This document shows positions 62,420 through 64,000 of a stretch of 64,000 nt of DNA, piece by piece (within the stretch, counting starts at the first letter, position 1; the number at the start of each line of letters is the position of its first letter). Source of the stretch: Adineta vaga (lineage: Eukaryota > Animalia > Rotifera); NCBI GenBank assembly GCA_021613535.1, contig CP075495.1, positions 310,001 to 374,000 on the forward strand, in the 5' to 3' direction. The position numbers and the translations under genes are program-made. The notes under the pieces were generated by a model. That model was not told where the DNA came from and made no database searches. It was given only the letters and a program-made list of their open reading frames with translations.

Positions 62420-64000
62420 TCAATGTCTTATAGGTATTGTTGATATATATGTATTACCATCGGTATCTTCTTCTGTACTTGTGAATATTTCTTTACAAAT
62501 AATACATTTTGGATTATGAATAGTTTGTTGAACTTGGAAAAGACATTCTTTACACATTGTCTTATGTCGACATGGTTTAGAATTAGATATTTGATCAGTA
62601 ATTAATTCAAGTTGTACAACAACTTCTTTTGCTGTTGGTCGATCTTTTGGATTAGTATTAATACATTGAAGAATAAGTTGACGATAGGTTTCGGGAATTT
62701 GATCAAGATTATTGATATGACCTTGAGTAATTTGAGTTGGTCGATCATAACGTGGTTTGGGTGTTACCATGTACATTAGTACACCAAGTGAATATATATC
62801 AAAAGCTAAACCATCATATGAATATTGATGATCAATCGAAGAAGACGAATTTGTTGATCTTCATCAAGTACAACATTTGAAACTTTAATATCACGATAAA
62901 CTAATTCTCGAACATGCATTTGTGCTATGATACGAGAAATATTCAGTGAAATTTGAATAGATTTATCCAGAGATATTTCATGAATATGATCGAGAAGATA
63001 ACGAAGTAATATAATTAGATTTTTCATAAAGATATTTCAATGGAACTATATGATTAATATTTAAACGAGTAACAGTTCGATGAAAATGAGCTTCCATATA
63101 ATCAATATTTTGATGAATAATAGGATCACATAATTCTTTGGCAACAAGACGTTTGTCAGATCCCCAAGAACATGGATGAACTAAAAAAAGACCACCTTTA
63201 CCTATCACTTCTTGTTTAATATCTGGAAGATGACCATTATGTTTGAATAAATCAAGATTGGCTATTAAACGACATTCTATACATGAGAATTGTGGAGCAA
63301 AAGTAGCGAGTTCATAAGCTTTTTGTCTATGTGCAATTGTATTAAGTACGAGTTGGTAGTAACGATTGATTTTTTCTATGAAATTATTTTTATTTTTAAT
63401 AACGAATTTCTTCATCTAATATTGATAATTTGTTTTCAAATTCTTGTAAAAACTCTCGAATATATCTTTTTTCATTCTCAATTTCGTTTTGTCTGACAAT
63501 TTCTCCCGGATTTTTGCCTTTAATTTTATTATACAGATAAATAGAACCAGGTATAGGAATAGTAATGACACTCAAAACAATAGAGAAAAGTCTGAATATC
63601 AACGAAGTTAAAACTTTGCCAACTGTGATTAATACGTCAGAATAACGGAGAAAAATGCTTATCTTACCACTATAAATTAACATTTCTCGACATCCTGCGC
63701 TCAATAACTCGATCTTGGTACTATGAATCGATAACAATTGTTGATTGACAATGAACATTGTATCCTTGTGAGCTGTACGTAAAGTTTCATAGAATACTGG
63801 TTTGAATACTTCATTCTCAACAGTTAATGCGAGAAATTCTCCACGAAGATACTCCGCAGCTTCTGTAGCGATAGATTTTCTCTCATTATCTACTCCATTA
63901 CCCTCAAAATTCACTCTATTTATCCCATTCATTTCGAGATCGTCGATTAGTAATAAGAACAAAATCAGAAAACGTATCAATAACTGTGAGAATAATTTCA
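62420..64000 (-). pseudogene. Protein kinase with C-terminal RING remnant (DSTYK-like), frameshifted; 5' part outside the window
   Basis: VIGKGGLFLV, VAKEL, YMEAHF, VYRDIKVSNVVLD, CINTNPKDRP, PCRHKTMCKEC..CIIC across four ORFs with frameshifts; DFG/APE region missing. Confidence 0.7.

Overview
Eukaryotic, AT-rich genomic DNA with ~50-80 nt GT-AG introns. Gene content (NHL-repeat protein, SK channel, opsin, orphan GPCR), transposon types and TGTGGG/TGAGGG-like tracts suggest a bdelloid rotifer, probably a subtelomeric region (inference; no search run). Positions 1 to ~48.3 kb are a nested mobile-element field with scattered, mostly intronless glycan-modification genes of likely foreign origin. 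Positions ~48.3-64 kb are very AT-rich, gene-dense host DNA. The main feature is a ~17.5-kb Helentron/HLE2-type rolling-circle element (12147-29642, minus strand), bounded by 11-bp subterminal inverted repeats. Between its 5' end and its OTU-Rep-Pif1 gene it carries two divergent gag-like genes, a -1-frameshifted aspartic protease and a class I fusion env-like gene, with no RT, RNase H or integrase. One gag has a predicted spliceosomal intron, and a piggyBac later inserted into env. Other points: (i) a dispersed candidate nucleotide-sugar pathway (nucleotidyltransferase-HAD-kinase fusion, SLC35A-like transporter, epimerase/GT-like relic, membrane-anchored FkbM-like methyltransferase, acyltransferase-3); (ii) about nine G-tract/spacer/C-tract telomere-like scars, several at rearrangement junctions; (iii) an apparently intact hAT transposon with perfect TSDs; (iv) RTE-like, mariner and MITE relics.
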